Below are positions 46,017 through 55,018 of a DNA stretch of 64,000 nucleotides, piece after piece. Position 1 is the first letter of the stretch. The number at the start of each line of letters is the position of its first letter. Both the position numbers and the translations under genes were made by a program. Origin of the DNA: a virus (Duplodnaviria; Caudoviricetes); IMG/VR virus record IMGVR_UViG_3300027656_000007, positions 1 through 64,000 of that record. One strand, given 5' to 3'. The notes beneath the pieces were generated by a model. It saw nothing but the letters and a program-made list of their open reading frames with translations. It was not told the DNA's origin and ran no database searches.

Positions 46017-47410
46017 TGTCCTCCGGGATACAGTCCCTGATAGCTTTTGACCCATGTTATTCCAGTCCATCGATATTGAATACCAGTGGTAATATTGGTG
46101 ACATATTGAATGTTGTTGGGACTAGATGTGTTTTCAAACACCACTTGCCAACGATCGTCTGAATATTCAATGATGTCGTTGCGACGGGCAATCAACGGCT
46201 GCCCATCAACACCTTGCCATGCCGCAGCATATCCGCTGTCGCTGCCAGTATCTTCAGTCAACAAATAACGTTGACCAGTGACTGGTGCCGGTAATCCATC
46301 ATTGGGTCCACTGCGAAGTGGGTCAATCACTGATCTCACCGGCGACAAGGTATTTTGCGGCACAGTGTCTTCATCTATAGTATACAGCATAAATCGATCG
46401 TCGGAGGGATCGTATGCTATGGTTCCGGCAACTTCAGTACCGTCAGGTTGCTCTAAAAAGATTTGACTTATGCCCGGGCGCAGAACACCGTATGCTCCGA
46501 TCACAGCAGTCCATAGCACATTGCTTGGCGGTGAATCGGGCGGTGCTAGATTGGTATTGGGTTCGTCTATCACTGCATTGTATCGTAACGCCTGTAACTT
46601 ATTACCAATCAACAGGGTTTGATAATCCCACGGCGTGATCACTCTGCGTGTGCCAGTCAGCAGGTCGTTGTTCAACACTGCATTGGCTGCATCTCCTTGA
46701 GAGTTGTGTATGTTAGAAATGATACGCTCAACCACTCCGAGTTTTTTAACTTTGGCTGGTGAACTGATCCAAATTGGCAGGGTAAAAGTCATGGTGCAAA
46801 TGTCAATTGGATCTTCTGTGCCTACCGGAACAGAACGGCTAGACCATTGGGTTGATTCCAGTTCTACCACACTCAGGCTGGTCCAGTCGATGTAATTGTC
46901 TGTGCTTTGTATTTCCAACGCTGGATTAAACAACACCACAATCTGCTCCAACAACTGCATCTTTTGGTTGGTGTTGCTGGTCCACAGATCCAGTTTGAGT
47001 GTGAGTTTGTAAGGCACAGGCATCAGTCGCTCAATTGTGAACGCATTGCCTTGTGTGGTTTCGTAAGTGTCTGTGGTATCGTCGTAGGTACGTTGGCGCA
47101 CAGAAATGTTGCTCACATAGTAAGGTTCTTGCATTCTAGGACGATCGTAATCAAATCCAGAAATATAAAAACTCATCATTGGCACTGATGTCATGAAACT
47201 GGCAGAGTTGTTCTGCATGATATTTTGTACTTGCCGGCTGGAATCACCATATCTAATAGGCACACGCACTAGTGTGTGTGCGGTGCCTTCTTCGTTGCGC
47301 CCGTATTCTACCTGAAAGTTGGAAAAGATTCTTGTGAACTGTAGCAAGAAGCGACGGATTTGTTCGTCATAAAAGAACATTGGGTTTGCTGCTGAATTCT
47401 CTGTTGTCAT
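45998..47410 (-). CDS. gp15: Tail completion / sheath stabiliser, T4 gp15-like, with C-terminal extension
   Basis: FFYDEQIRRFLLQFTRIF, VPIRYG, MPVPYKLTLKLDLWT.N..QK.QLLEQI..LFNP. Confidence 0.8.
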   Translation of the reverse strand: MTTENSAANPMFFYDEQIRRFLLQFTRIFSNFQVEYGRNEEGTAHTLVRVPIRYGDSSRQVQNIMQNNSASFMTSVPMMSFYISGFDYDRPRMQEPYYVSNISVRQRTYDDTTDTYETTQGNAFTIERLMPVPYKLTLKLDLWTSNTNQKMQLLEQIVVLFNPALEIQSTDNYIDWTSLSVVELESTQWSSRSVPVGTEDPIDICTMTFTLPIWISSPAKVKKLGVVERIISNIHNSQGDAANAVLNNDLLTGTRRVITPWDYQTLLIGNKLQALRYNAVIDEPNTNLAPPDSPPSNVLWTAVIGAYGVLRPGISQIFLEQPDGTEVAGTIAYDPSDDRFMLYTIDEDTVPQNTLSPVRSVIDPLRSGPNDGLPAPVTGQRYLLTEDTGSDSGYAAAWQGVDGQPLIARRNDIIEYSDDRWQVVFENTSSPNNIQYVTNITTGIQYRWTGITWVKSYQGLYPGGQWRIVL

Positions 47411-47415
47411 TTTTA

Positions 47416-48720
47416 TTAACCGCCGTTGTCTGCATTGGGTTTAAGTATGTCGCTCAAACTTTGGCGACTTGGTATAGCACCACGATCGTTAGTCTGCACT
47501 GTGTTTCTATTGTTTACAAAACTGGCTCTCTGCGAAGCAGCAGGTCCTTCGGATTCAAACACTGGCTTGATACGCACACTGTCCTCAATCTTGATCCAGG
47601 TAGTGCCGTTGAATCTAAACAAGCGATTTGGAAAATAGTCCAGGCGCAAGGCATAGTCGCCAGCGGCAGGTGATGCTGGAAAACTAACACCGTGTGTGAC
47701 CGGCAGCCCATTTGGCGCAATACCGTCGCCGGTCAAGTAACCAATGGTGTAGCCATCTGAACGCGGAGTAGTTCCTTCGCCACCTTGAGTGCCGTCCACA
47801 GTGGGCGGTGTTTCGTCCGCAGTAAGACCCGAGTCTGCTGGCTGTCCGTCTTCTGTGGTGGGCAGGATATAAAATTTTACAGTGTCGTAGCCGGTCAACG
47901 GCACTTCAATATCGGCCTGTGCCAAAATAGCATCATTGATTTCTAAATCTTTGGTGCGTGTGGAAGTTTTGCCGGCTATGGTATCCGGAGTCTTTTCAGT
48001 CCAATATGCGGTGTTGGTGATGTCTGTGCCAGGCGGTACAGGGCCTGTGGCAGTGTAATACTTGTCGCCGTTGTTGACTATGGTTCCTGCAGGATAAAAG
48101 TTTCCAGGATCCCAAATGTTGTTGGGCTCGAACGGCTGTTTGGTAATGCTGTTGTATTCTTGAGCATTGACCATGGGAGTGGCTTTGACCCGCCATAGGT
48201 GCGGCAACCAGGTTTGACTAAATCCTTCTGATGCAAACGCTGCATCTTGAATCACGTACCACCGCGGCAAGGCCTTGGCCAAGTTTTTATCTAAAGGATG
48301 ATAGTCTTTGAGATTGGGAATTTCAATCACATCGCCGGCCATGAGTTTACGCCCAATGGTGTCAATCATATCGTTGTAATGAAATGTGATAAACAAGGTA
48401 TCGTTGTTTAGGAATAAGCCAAATTGTGTGAGATCAAAGTCAATATCAGCCACACGGTACACACCGCGTTGAACATAGATGTTGGGATCATACTGCCGAT
48501 CCCGGTTTTCCAGCAACAGTAGATCTTCAATGAACAAGGGATTTTGGGTGTCGTATACCGGCAATGTGGTATCGGCATCACCAGGATCGCCAGTGGCCGG
48601 ACCCATGTATTTGTGGATGTAAATATCCAGCCCACCAACAGTGTACATTTCTGCAATGGTTCGATCTAGAAATTTGTAGTCCGCAGTGCGGTTAGGGCGA
48701 TATAGGCTAAGTCTTGGCAT
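47416..48720 (-). CDS. gp14: Neck protein, T4 gp14-like
   Basis: EDLLLLENRDRQYD, QFGLFL, GRKLMAGDVIEIP, EGFSQTWLPHLWR; adjacent to gp15-like gene. Confidence 0.7.
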   Translation of the reverse strand: MPRLSLYRPNRTADYKFLDRTIAEMYTVGGLDIYIHKYMGPATGDPGDADTTLPVYDTQNPLFIEDLLLLENRDRQYDPNIYVQRGVYRVADIDFDLTQFGLFLNNDTLFITFHYNDMIDTIGRKLMAGDVIEIPNLKDYHPLDKNLAKALPRWYVIQDAAFASEGFSQTWLPHLWRVKATPMVNAQEYNSITKQPFEPNNIWDPGNFYPAGTIVNNGDKYYTATGPVPPGTDITNTAYWTEKTPDTIAGKTSTRTKDLEINDAILAQADIEVPLTGYDTVKFYILPTTEDGQPADSGLTADETPPTVDGTQGGEGTTPRSDGYTIGYLTGDGIAPNGLPVTHGVSFPASPAAGDYALRLDYFPNRLFRFNGTTWIKIEDSVRIKPVFESEGPAASQRASFVNNRNTVQTNDRGAIPSRQSLSDILKPNADNGG

Positions 48721-48739
48721 ACGTTATTTATGGTGCTGG

Positions 48740-48768
48740 TTGACTGAATAATTCCAAACTGCTATAAT
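48740..48768 (+). promoter_or_regulatory. Sigma70-type early promoter
   Basis: TTGACT-17-TATAAT with TG extension; GGAG SD before 48796. Confidence 0.8.
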
Positions 48769-48795
48769 TAGGGCTTAACAACAACTGGAGCCACC

Positions 48796-49053
48796 ATGTT
48801 AACAGATGCACAAAGCGCACAAATTAATAATACTGAAGTATACACTTTAGATTATGAGGCAGAGGCCCTGCAAAGCTACGAGGACACTGGCGAGGACCTA
48901 ATGGACGAGCTGGAAGTTCGTGCCACTAATGTTATTTTGGAACAGACAAAGTGGGATGCTCGCGAGGACTTGGGCGGCATTACAGTTTACTTCCGAGATA
49001 ATACTTTAGTAGCATTCTACGATTACGAGCAGTTCCGCGGCACTGTGTTCTAA
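48796..49053 (+). CDS. Small acidic early hypothetical protein
   Basis: 85 aa with its own promoter and SD. Confidence 0.7.
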   Translation: MLTDAQSAQINNTEVYTLDYEAEALQSYEDTGEDLMDELEVRATNVILEQTKWDAREDLGGITVYFRDNTLVAFYDYEQFRGTVF

Positions 49054-49074
49054 AAACAACATTTTATAGCGGGA

Positions 49075-49103
49075 TTGACATAAAACTCAATCTCTGCTAT
49101 AAT
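49075..49103 (+). promoter_or_regulatory. Sigma70-type early promoter (perfect consensus)
   Basis: TTGACA-17-TATAAT with TG extension. Confidence 0.88.
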
Positions 49104-49130
49104 ACATGCTTGTTCAATACAGGAGCAAAT

Positions 49131-49418
49131 ATGAAAGCCGCTAACTTTTTAACAAAGTACACAGGCCCAAAAGGCAAGGGTTTTATACAGCCCTATGACA
49201 AAGTAAAAGCCACAGAAAAATGGGTGGAGTATGCACTGGATATTGTGGACATGAGCCGCATTATAATGACAGTGGACTTTAACACTAAGTGGAAATTAGC
49301 AGAAGCTCTGGAAGTAGCAGAACGCAAAAAGGCCTGGATGTACAAGCACAAAAATTTTGACGTCAAACGTGCCGCTAAACTTTTTGACGCTGTAAAACAC
49401 TTGCCCAAAACTAAGTAA
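49131..49418 (+). CDS. Small basic early hypothetical protein
   Basis: AGGAG SD supports ATG 49131 rather than TTG 49110. Confidence 0.7.
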   Translation: MKAANFLTKYTGPKGKGFIQPYDKVKATEKWVEYALDIVDMSRIIMTVDFNTKWKLAEALEVAERKKAWMYKHKNFDVKRAAKLFDAVKHLPKTK

Positions 49419-49426
49419 GGATTAAT

Positions 49427-50566
49427 ATGATTGCAACCAAACCTGTCAAACCGCTAAACCCACGCAGTGCAGATACCAATGCCATGGGCATGGAACCCAC
49501 GTGGAAAACACAGCCTGTTGACAATCGCACCAGTGCCCTTAGCCATGCGTTCTCCTGGTACAATTACTTTTACGGCAAAAAAGACGCTCGTGAAATGATC
49601 GTAAACTATTTGGAAACACATGGTCGCAAGGCAGACGTGCGTACTCTTAAATGCATTCCGGACAGCTCAATCCGTTTGACCACAGGTTGGCTGTGTCGTA
49701 TGAGCATAGTTGGACTAGAACTCACTGAGTCAGAACAGTCCAAACTAGACAGCCTGCTGGCTGAAATTTTGGAAGCCAAACAAGACGAAGTAGTGGAAGA
49801 AGTGGCAGTGGTTGAAGATGCAGTGCCAAAGATCACAATCCAAGACCGCCTACGTGAAAAGGTACGTGAATGTGCAGGTGAGATGGAAGGCATGTTTGAC
49901 GAGTTTATCACAAGCGGTGCCAAGTTAAATGCTGACTACAAGCCAGTGTCGTTGATGCGTTCGATGAACATTGCTCCGCAAATGGTCAATGACATCAAAC
50001 AGATCTGGCAACGAAAGCTGGCAGAATTTGAGCAAGCAGTGGATGGTAAAACACCAGATCTAGTCCAGGGCTATGGATTTCTTTCCAAAATACAGTTACG
50101 GAATTGTGTAAAGTTCTGTGAACTGGTAATCTCTGACTGCGGTACGTATCAGCAGATTAAAAAGGTTGAACGCAAACCACGTGCAGTCAAAGCAATGCCG
50201 CCAGAGAAACGTGCCGCAAAGTTCAAATGTATCACAGAATTTGCCGAACTCAAGCTCAAAGGCCTGCCGGCCGCAAGTCTGGTGGACAAGGCCGAAGCCT
50301 GGTTGTATGACACCAAGAAGCGCAAGTTGATCCATCTTGTGGCTGACAGCCTGGTCCAGTCATTTACTATAAAGTCAAACTCTGTTATTGGTTACAGTAC
50401 AGTAGAAAGCCAGCAAAAAACTCTGCGCAAGCCCGCAGATGTACTCAAACTGATGAGTGCCGCAGGCAAGCCGGCAGCCAGAAGGATCTACAAGGATCTA
50501 ACCACAACAGAAACCGCGTTTAACGGACGTGGCACAGAGAACTTGATCATCCTTAAAAGCTGGTAA
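49427..50566 (+). CDS. Hypothetical protein
   Basis: 379 aa, AAGGA SD; no functional motif recognised. Confidence 0.75.
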   Translation: MIATKPVKPLNPRSADTNAMGMEPTWKTQPVDNRTSALSHAFSWYNYFYGKKDAREMIVNYLETHGRKADVRTLKCIPDSSIRLTTGWLCRMSIVGLELTESEQSKLDSLLAEILEAKQDEVVEEVAVVEDAVPKITIQDRLREKVRECAGEMEGMFDEFITSGAKLNADYKPVSLMRSMNIAPQMVNDIKQIWQRKLAEFEQAVDGKTPDLVQGYGFLSKIQLRNCVKFCELVISDCGTYQQIKKVERKPRAVKAMPPEKRAAKFKCITEFAELKLKGLPAASLVDKAEAWLYDTKKRKLIHLVADSLVQSFTIKSNSVIGYSTVESQQKTLRKPADVLKLMSAAGKPAARRIYKDLTTTETAFNGRGTENLIILKSW

Positions 50567-50591
50567 ATAACATGGAACGGAGTTCCATACT

Positions 50592-51362
50592 ATGGCCATT
50601 GAAGAACAATCAAGTCTAAACACGCTAAAACAAAATCTCATTGAATATGTGCAGTTACAACTGGCCGCGCAGATCATTGATATTGAATTAGATGCAGAGC
50701 ATTACGAAGCTGCCTATCAGCGAACCATTGGTGTGTATAGACAACGTGCTCAAGGTGCGTACGAAGAAAGCTATACTTTCATGGAACTGGTCAAAGATGT
50801 AAACATCTACACCTTGCCCCAGGAAACCATACAGGTTCGTCAGATTTTCCGTAGAACGTTTGGCGATGCGGCTGGCCCTTTTTCGTCAAACTTTGATCCG
50901 TTTAGCCAGGCCAGTGTCAACGTTTATCTAATGAACTTCAACGTGGCTGGCGGATTAGCCACTTACGACTTCTACAGTCAGTATGTTGAACTGGCCGCAC
51001 GTATGTTTGGCGGCTATATGAACTTTACCTGGAATCCAGTTACTAAGAAATTGCAAATTATTCGTGACCCAAAAGGCACTGGTGAAAACGTGCTGTTATG
51101 GACTTACAATTTAAAACCCGAATTCAACCTGCTGAGTGACTTTCAAATCTCACAATGGATCCGTGACTACATGGTGGCCAACTGCAAGATGATCATTGGT
51201 GAAGCCCGTGAGAAGTTTGGCACCATTGCCGGTCCACAAGGCGGCGGAACCTTAAACGGCGCTGCCATGAAAACCGAAGCACAGGCACAGATGGACAAGC
51301 TACTGGATGATCTTAAAAACTACGTGGATGGAAGTCAGCCACTCAGCTGGGTAATCGGCTAA
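50592..51362 (+). CDS. gp13: Neck/head-tail adaptor, T4 gp13-like
   Basis: LAAQIIDIELDAEHY, WIRDY..A..K.IIGEAREKF..IAGPQGG.TLNGAAMK.EA. Confidence 0.8.
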   Translation: MAIEEQSSLNTLKQNLIEYVQLQLAAQIIDIELDAEHYEAAYQRTIGVYRQRAQGAYEESYTFMELVKDVNIYTLPQETIQVRQIFRRTFGDAAGPFSSNFDPFSQASVNVYLMNFNVAGGLATYDFYSQYVELAARMFGGYMNFTWNPVTKKLQIIRDPKGTGENVLLWTYNLKPEFNLLSDFQISQWIRDYMVANCKMIIGEAREKFGTIAGPQGGGTLNGAAMKTEAQAQMDKLLDDLKNYVDGSQPLSWVIG

Positions 51363-51370
51363 TATAAAGA

Positions 51371-51399
51371 TTGCATACGTGTCAATGTTGTGTTATAAT
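51371..51399 (+). promoter_or_regulatory. Sigma70-type promoter, 5 nt before ATG
   Basis: TTGCAT-17-TATAAT; ATG at 51405; no SD. Confidence 0.75.
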
Positions 51400-51404
51400 A
51401 ACAC

Positions 51405-51929
51405 ATGGCACATTTAATGATCGATCTTGAAGGACTAGCAACTGGTCCTGATACCTGCATACTGACCATTGCGGCCCAGACATTTGATCCTTTTGGATCG
51501 GGCTATTATGACCAGCATTACTATGCTAGAGTTACTTTGGAAAGTCAGGAAAACCGTGCCATAGACGATGGCACAATTGCGTGGTGGGCCAAGCAGCCTG
51601 CACATGCCAGAGAAGAAGCATTTGGCGAACAAGATCGTATTCCATTGGATCAGGCCTTGGATGAACTGGGTCGGTTAATTTGGCATTCAACCCTGGTATG
51701 GAGTCAAGGTCCCACTTACGATATGAACATTCTAGAGCATGCTTACAAAAGCTATCGCAAGCCCTTACCTTGGAAGTACTATCAGGTACGTGACAGTCGC
51801 ACAGTGTTTTCCTTGTGGCCTGATCTATCTGTTCCACCCACCACTCACCATGCACTAGAAGACTGTCGCAGACAGATCGGCATGTTGCAACAGACACTAA
51901 AGCATCTTGATGTCACTGCGCTGAAGTAG
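51405..51929 (+). CDS. DEDD-family 3'-5' exonuclease
   Basis: MIDLEGL, WSQGPTYD, HHALEDC. Confidence 0.85.
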   Translation: MAHLMIDLEGLATGPDTCILTIAAQTFDPFGSGYYDQHYYARVTLESQENRAIDDGTIAWWAKQPAHAREEAFGEQDRIPLDQALDELGRLIWHSTLVWSQGPTYDMNILEHAYKSYRKPLPWKYYQVRDSRTVFSLWPDLSVPPTTHHALEDCRRQIGMLQQTLKHLDVTALK

Positions 51930-53880
51930 ATCCTGGACGTGTCCAGTTTCCACTGCCTGTCCACGGAAGTGCAAAAGTAAAATCTTTGCCAAATTCTATT
52001 GGCGGATGATCTTGTCCGTGAATGAAGATTTCATAGTCAAAGTCTGCTGTCCACGCACCGTTGCTGTCAATCTTAAACTGATGCCCAGTTTTGTAGTAAC
52101 TGTTCATTCTTGGCAAGTTGAACGCACCCATCTCTTGTGTGTCGTGTACTGGATCAAATTTTAAATCCAGTTCGTATGGGCCTAGTGCTAGCCACAGCAC
52201 ACGAAGTAACGGCCAAATTTCATTGACCACAGTGGCATTCAATAGATGATTATCTATTTTAATAATATTAAAATCAAACTGTTCGTATGGTATGTCTGTA
52301 ATGATATTTGCAGTATCGTAACTTAGTGTGTAGTGTTCGGGTTTTTCCAGCCCCGGACGCTCATTTAGTGTTTCATATGTTACACTGCGATTCTTAATAA
52401 GATGATTGAGTATGATATTGACTGACTTGTAACGTATCAGGCGTTGAAAAATAGTATTGGTATAATCGTCGGTACGCCATTGATGTGTTAACTGGCCTTC
52501 TGAAATCCCAAACTTTGATCGTTCATAGTTCAGTGGTGTATCCATGCCGATCTGACAAGTGCCAAAACTACGACCGAATATGTTGCAATTTCGTGTGCGC
52601 CACAGCAAGGTCATGGTATCTGCAACATCGTTGTAACCTTCGCCCGGAAAGCCCACAAACCAGTTGGTGTGCGAACGCATGCCTGCCTCGGTAAAGTCTT
52701 TAAGGTTCTGTTCTATATCATTGCGATTGACATTTTTTTTCATAACATCCAACACATGTTGACTGCCAGACTCAACACCAAAACTCAACATGTTGCATCC
52801 GCTGCTTTTGAGATCTTGAATGTATTCAAGATCCATGCGTCCGTCGCATCTAGCATAGCCCATCCAGCTTAGATGAATTTTTCTTTCAACTAGTCCGTGT
52901 GCAAATGCACGAAGTTCTTTCAAGTTACCGTTGACCAAGCTGTCAATAAACCACACACTGTCAATGCCCAGGGTTTTGTATTGATGTTCTAATTCGTCCA
53001 GTATGTTGGTTGCTTGTCTACCGCGATATCTCCAAAAAGTTGTTTCGCTGCAAAATTGACATTTTGCCACGCACCCACGACTCAGCTCAGCACTGACACC
53101 ATTCTGTTGATACAGCGATAAATCTAAATCGCTGTAGTCCGGGTACGGCAAGCTGTCAAGGTCGATGCGTATACTTTTGTCATGTACTAGAAATTTCTCA
53201 GTGACGGGAATATTGTTTTCAATTTTTTCCATCAAATCTAAAAATATTGCTTCGCCTTCGCCTACCACAATGTGGTCTATTATGTCAGTGTTTTCAATCT
53301 TTTCTTGTATAGCAGTTGGCCCGCCTGCAATAATGATAGTGTTGGGCAGGCGTGCTCGAATCTGGTTGATCATCCAGGTAGTGGCTTTGTTGCTGGTGGT
53401 AAAAATGCTAAAGCCCATGACATCTGGTTTAAACTCTACAAGTTTTTCCAAGTACTCGTTCAAGATGGGTTTAATAAGCGGATGAACATCGGTGTAATAA
53501 CTGTCAGTGGTCCATACCCAGTCTTTGTACCCGCTCCAGTAGGCTTGGTCAATGCGTGAATAGCACACAGCATTGATGTCGTAGGCCACAGTTTCAAATC
53601 CACTATCTCTACTGAGCGCAGTTATTCTGGCTAGATTATAAGGAGGTATGTACGGTGCCCACTCAGGTAAAATGGCCAATGCTACACGAGTTTTTCTTGT
53701 GACCTGCCGGTTAACAACAACCTGGGTAAGATTTTTCTGTGGCTTGGACCGACCTGCACTGTCCAGCTGTAGTGCTTTGAGCATTGCTAAATCTCGTGCT
53801 CCGCCGTCACTGTTTTCTACAATTTTAGTAAGATCCGGGGTCTGAGCAGCAGCGGACTGTATGGCAATAGTTTTCATCAT
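51913..53880 (-). CDS. Cobalamin-binding-domain radical SAM enzyme
   Basis: PPYNLARI, KPDVMGFS, IIAGGP, VVGEGE (B12-binding domain); ELSRGCVAKCQFC; FGVESGS; FVGFPGE. Start at ATG 53880. Confidence 0.88.
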   Translation of the reverse strand: MMKTIAIQSAAAQTPDLTKIVENSDGGARDLAMLKALQLDSAGRSKPQKNLTQVVVNRQVTRKTRVALAILPEWAPYIPPYNLARITALSRDSGFETVAYDINAVCYSRIDQAYWSGYKDWVWTTDSYYTDVHPLIKPILNEYLEKLVEFKPDVMGFSIFTTSNKATTWMINQIRARLPNTIIIAGGPTAIQEKIENTDIIDHIVVGEGEAIFLDLMEKIENNIPVTEKFLVHDKSIRIDLDSLPYPDYSDLDLSLYQQNGVSAELSRGCVAKCQFCSETTFWRYRGRQATNILDELEHQYKTLGIDSVWFIDSLVNGNLKELRAFAHGLVERKIHLSWMGYARCDGRMDLEYIQDLKSSGCNMLSFGVESGSQHVLDVMKKNVNRNDIEQNLKDFTEAGMRSHTNWFVGFPGEGYNDVADTMTLLWRTRNCNIFGRSFGTCQIGMDTPLNYERSKFGISEGQLTHQWRTDDYTNTIFQRLIRYKSVNIILNHLIKNRSVTYETLNERPGLEKPEHYTLSYDTANIITDIPYEQFDFNIIKIDNHLLNATVVNEIWPLLRVLWLALGPYELDLKFDPVHDTQEMGAFNLPRMNSYYKTGHQFKIDSNGAWTADFDYEIFIHGQDHPPIEFGKDFTFALPWTGSGNWTRPGSTSAQ

Positions 53881-53918
53881 GCTGTATTTACGCAGGCAGC
53901 AAATGGTGAAACACAATA

Positions 53919-53947
53919 TTGATTTTTAATTCAAACAGTGTTAAAAT
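53919..53947 (+). promoter_or_regulatory. Sigma70-type promoter, 6 nt before ATG
   Basis: TTGATT-17-TAAAAT; ATG at 53954; no SD. Confidence 0.65.
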
Positions 53948-53953
53948 ACATCC

Positions 53954-54664
53954 ATGAGTACAATTATTGGAATTTGCGGGTTTATCGGGTCTGGAAAAGA
54001 CACTGCTGCTGACTATCTTGTCAACGTACACGGATTTCGCAGAGAAAGTTTTGCCAACTCACTGAAGGATGCAGTGGCTCATGTGTTTGGCTGGGATCGA
54101 ACCATGCTGGAAGGCCGCACTGCTCATTCAAGAGAGTGGCGCGAGCAGGTGGACACTTGGTGGGCAGCCAGACTGGAAATTCCAGAATTAACACCGCGTT
54201 GGGTACTACAGCAATGGGGTACAGAAGTATGTCGGCGTGGATTTCATGATGATATTTGGATTGCCAGCTTGGAAAACAAACTGCGTAACAGCCAGGACAA
54301 CGTGGTAATCAGCGACTGTAGATTTCCCAATGAAATTCGCTCAATCAAAGCGGCCGGCGGCCGCGTGGTGCGTATTGTACGTGGTCCAGAGCCCGAATGG
54401 TTTGAGGCAGCAGCCAATGTAAATCGCGGTCCAAACGGAAACATGTACTGGGCAACCGGTAAACAACAGCTGGAAAAGTTAAAAATTCACCCTAGTGAGA
54501 CTGCCTGGGTTGGCACTGAGTTTGATGCAGTGCTGGACAATAACTACAGCTTTGACGACCTGTATGCACAGGTCATTGGTCTGGTAACAGATCACCCGGC
54601 TGCCACGGCAAGTCTGACTTCTTCAGTTCAACTGTGCAATTTAAACACACAGTTTTCAAATTAG
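53954..54664 (+). CDS. Deoxynucleoside monophosphate kinase, T4 gp1-like
   Basis: GICGFIGSGKDT P-loop, FANSLKD, TPRWVLQQWGTE, VVISDCRFPNE. Confidence 0.9.
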   Translation: MSTIIGICGFIGSGKDTAADYLVNVHGFRRESFANSLKDAVAHVFGWDRTMLEGRTAHSREWREQVDTWWAARLEIPELTPRWVLQQWGTEVCRRGFHDDIWIASLENKLRNSQDNVVISDCRFPNEIRSIKAAGGRVVRIVRGPEPEWFEAAANVNRGPNGNMYWATGKQQLEKLKIHPSETAWVGTEFDAVLDNNYSFDDLYAQVIGLVTDHPAATASLTSSVQLCNLNTQFSN

Positions 54665-54920
54665 GCAGCGCAGTGTTATGTAAATTGCCATCAACGTGAT
54701 ACACCAGCGTTTGTGCTGAATACTTTGATTTAAAGCCGCATCGATCACATGCGGTTTTTTTCTTATAGCCAGCTGATTGCCAACGTGCTACTGGAGGCTT
54801 TACACGACGTTGTTTCTTAATACAGTGTTCGCATCGTGTTCTATAGTGTGGCACACCATCACGGTAGTAGTTGACAGCACACAACCGTTGGTTGCAGGAT
54901 TGACATATGGGTCTTTGCAT
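54573..54920 (-). CDS. HNH endonuclease with Cys-pair zinc motifs
   Basis: CQSC, CEHC, CDRC, HVDGNLHN...NLKTVCLNC; start at ATG 54920. Confidence 0.8.
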   Translation of the reverse strand: MQRPICQSCNQRLCAVNYYRDGVPHYRTRCEHCIKKQRRVKPPVARWQSAGYKKKTACDRCGFKSKYSAQTLVYHVDGNLHNTALPNLKTVCLNCTVELKKSDLPWQPGDLLPDQ

Positions 54921-55018
54921 GATATATTTATCATGAAAACCTTTGGCAAAGGTATAGGTAGTCCTAGTTTTTTTGTCACAACTGCTAAATATTAGCAACT
55001 TAGAAAAAGGATTTCACC

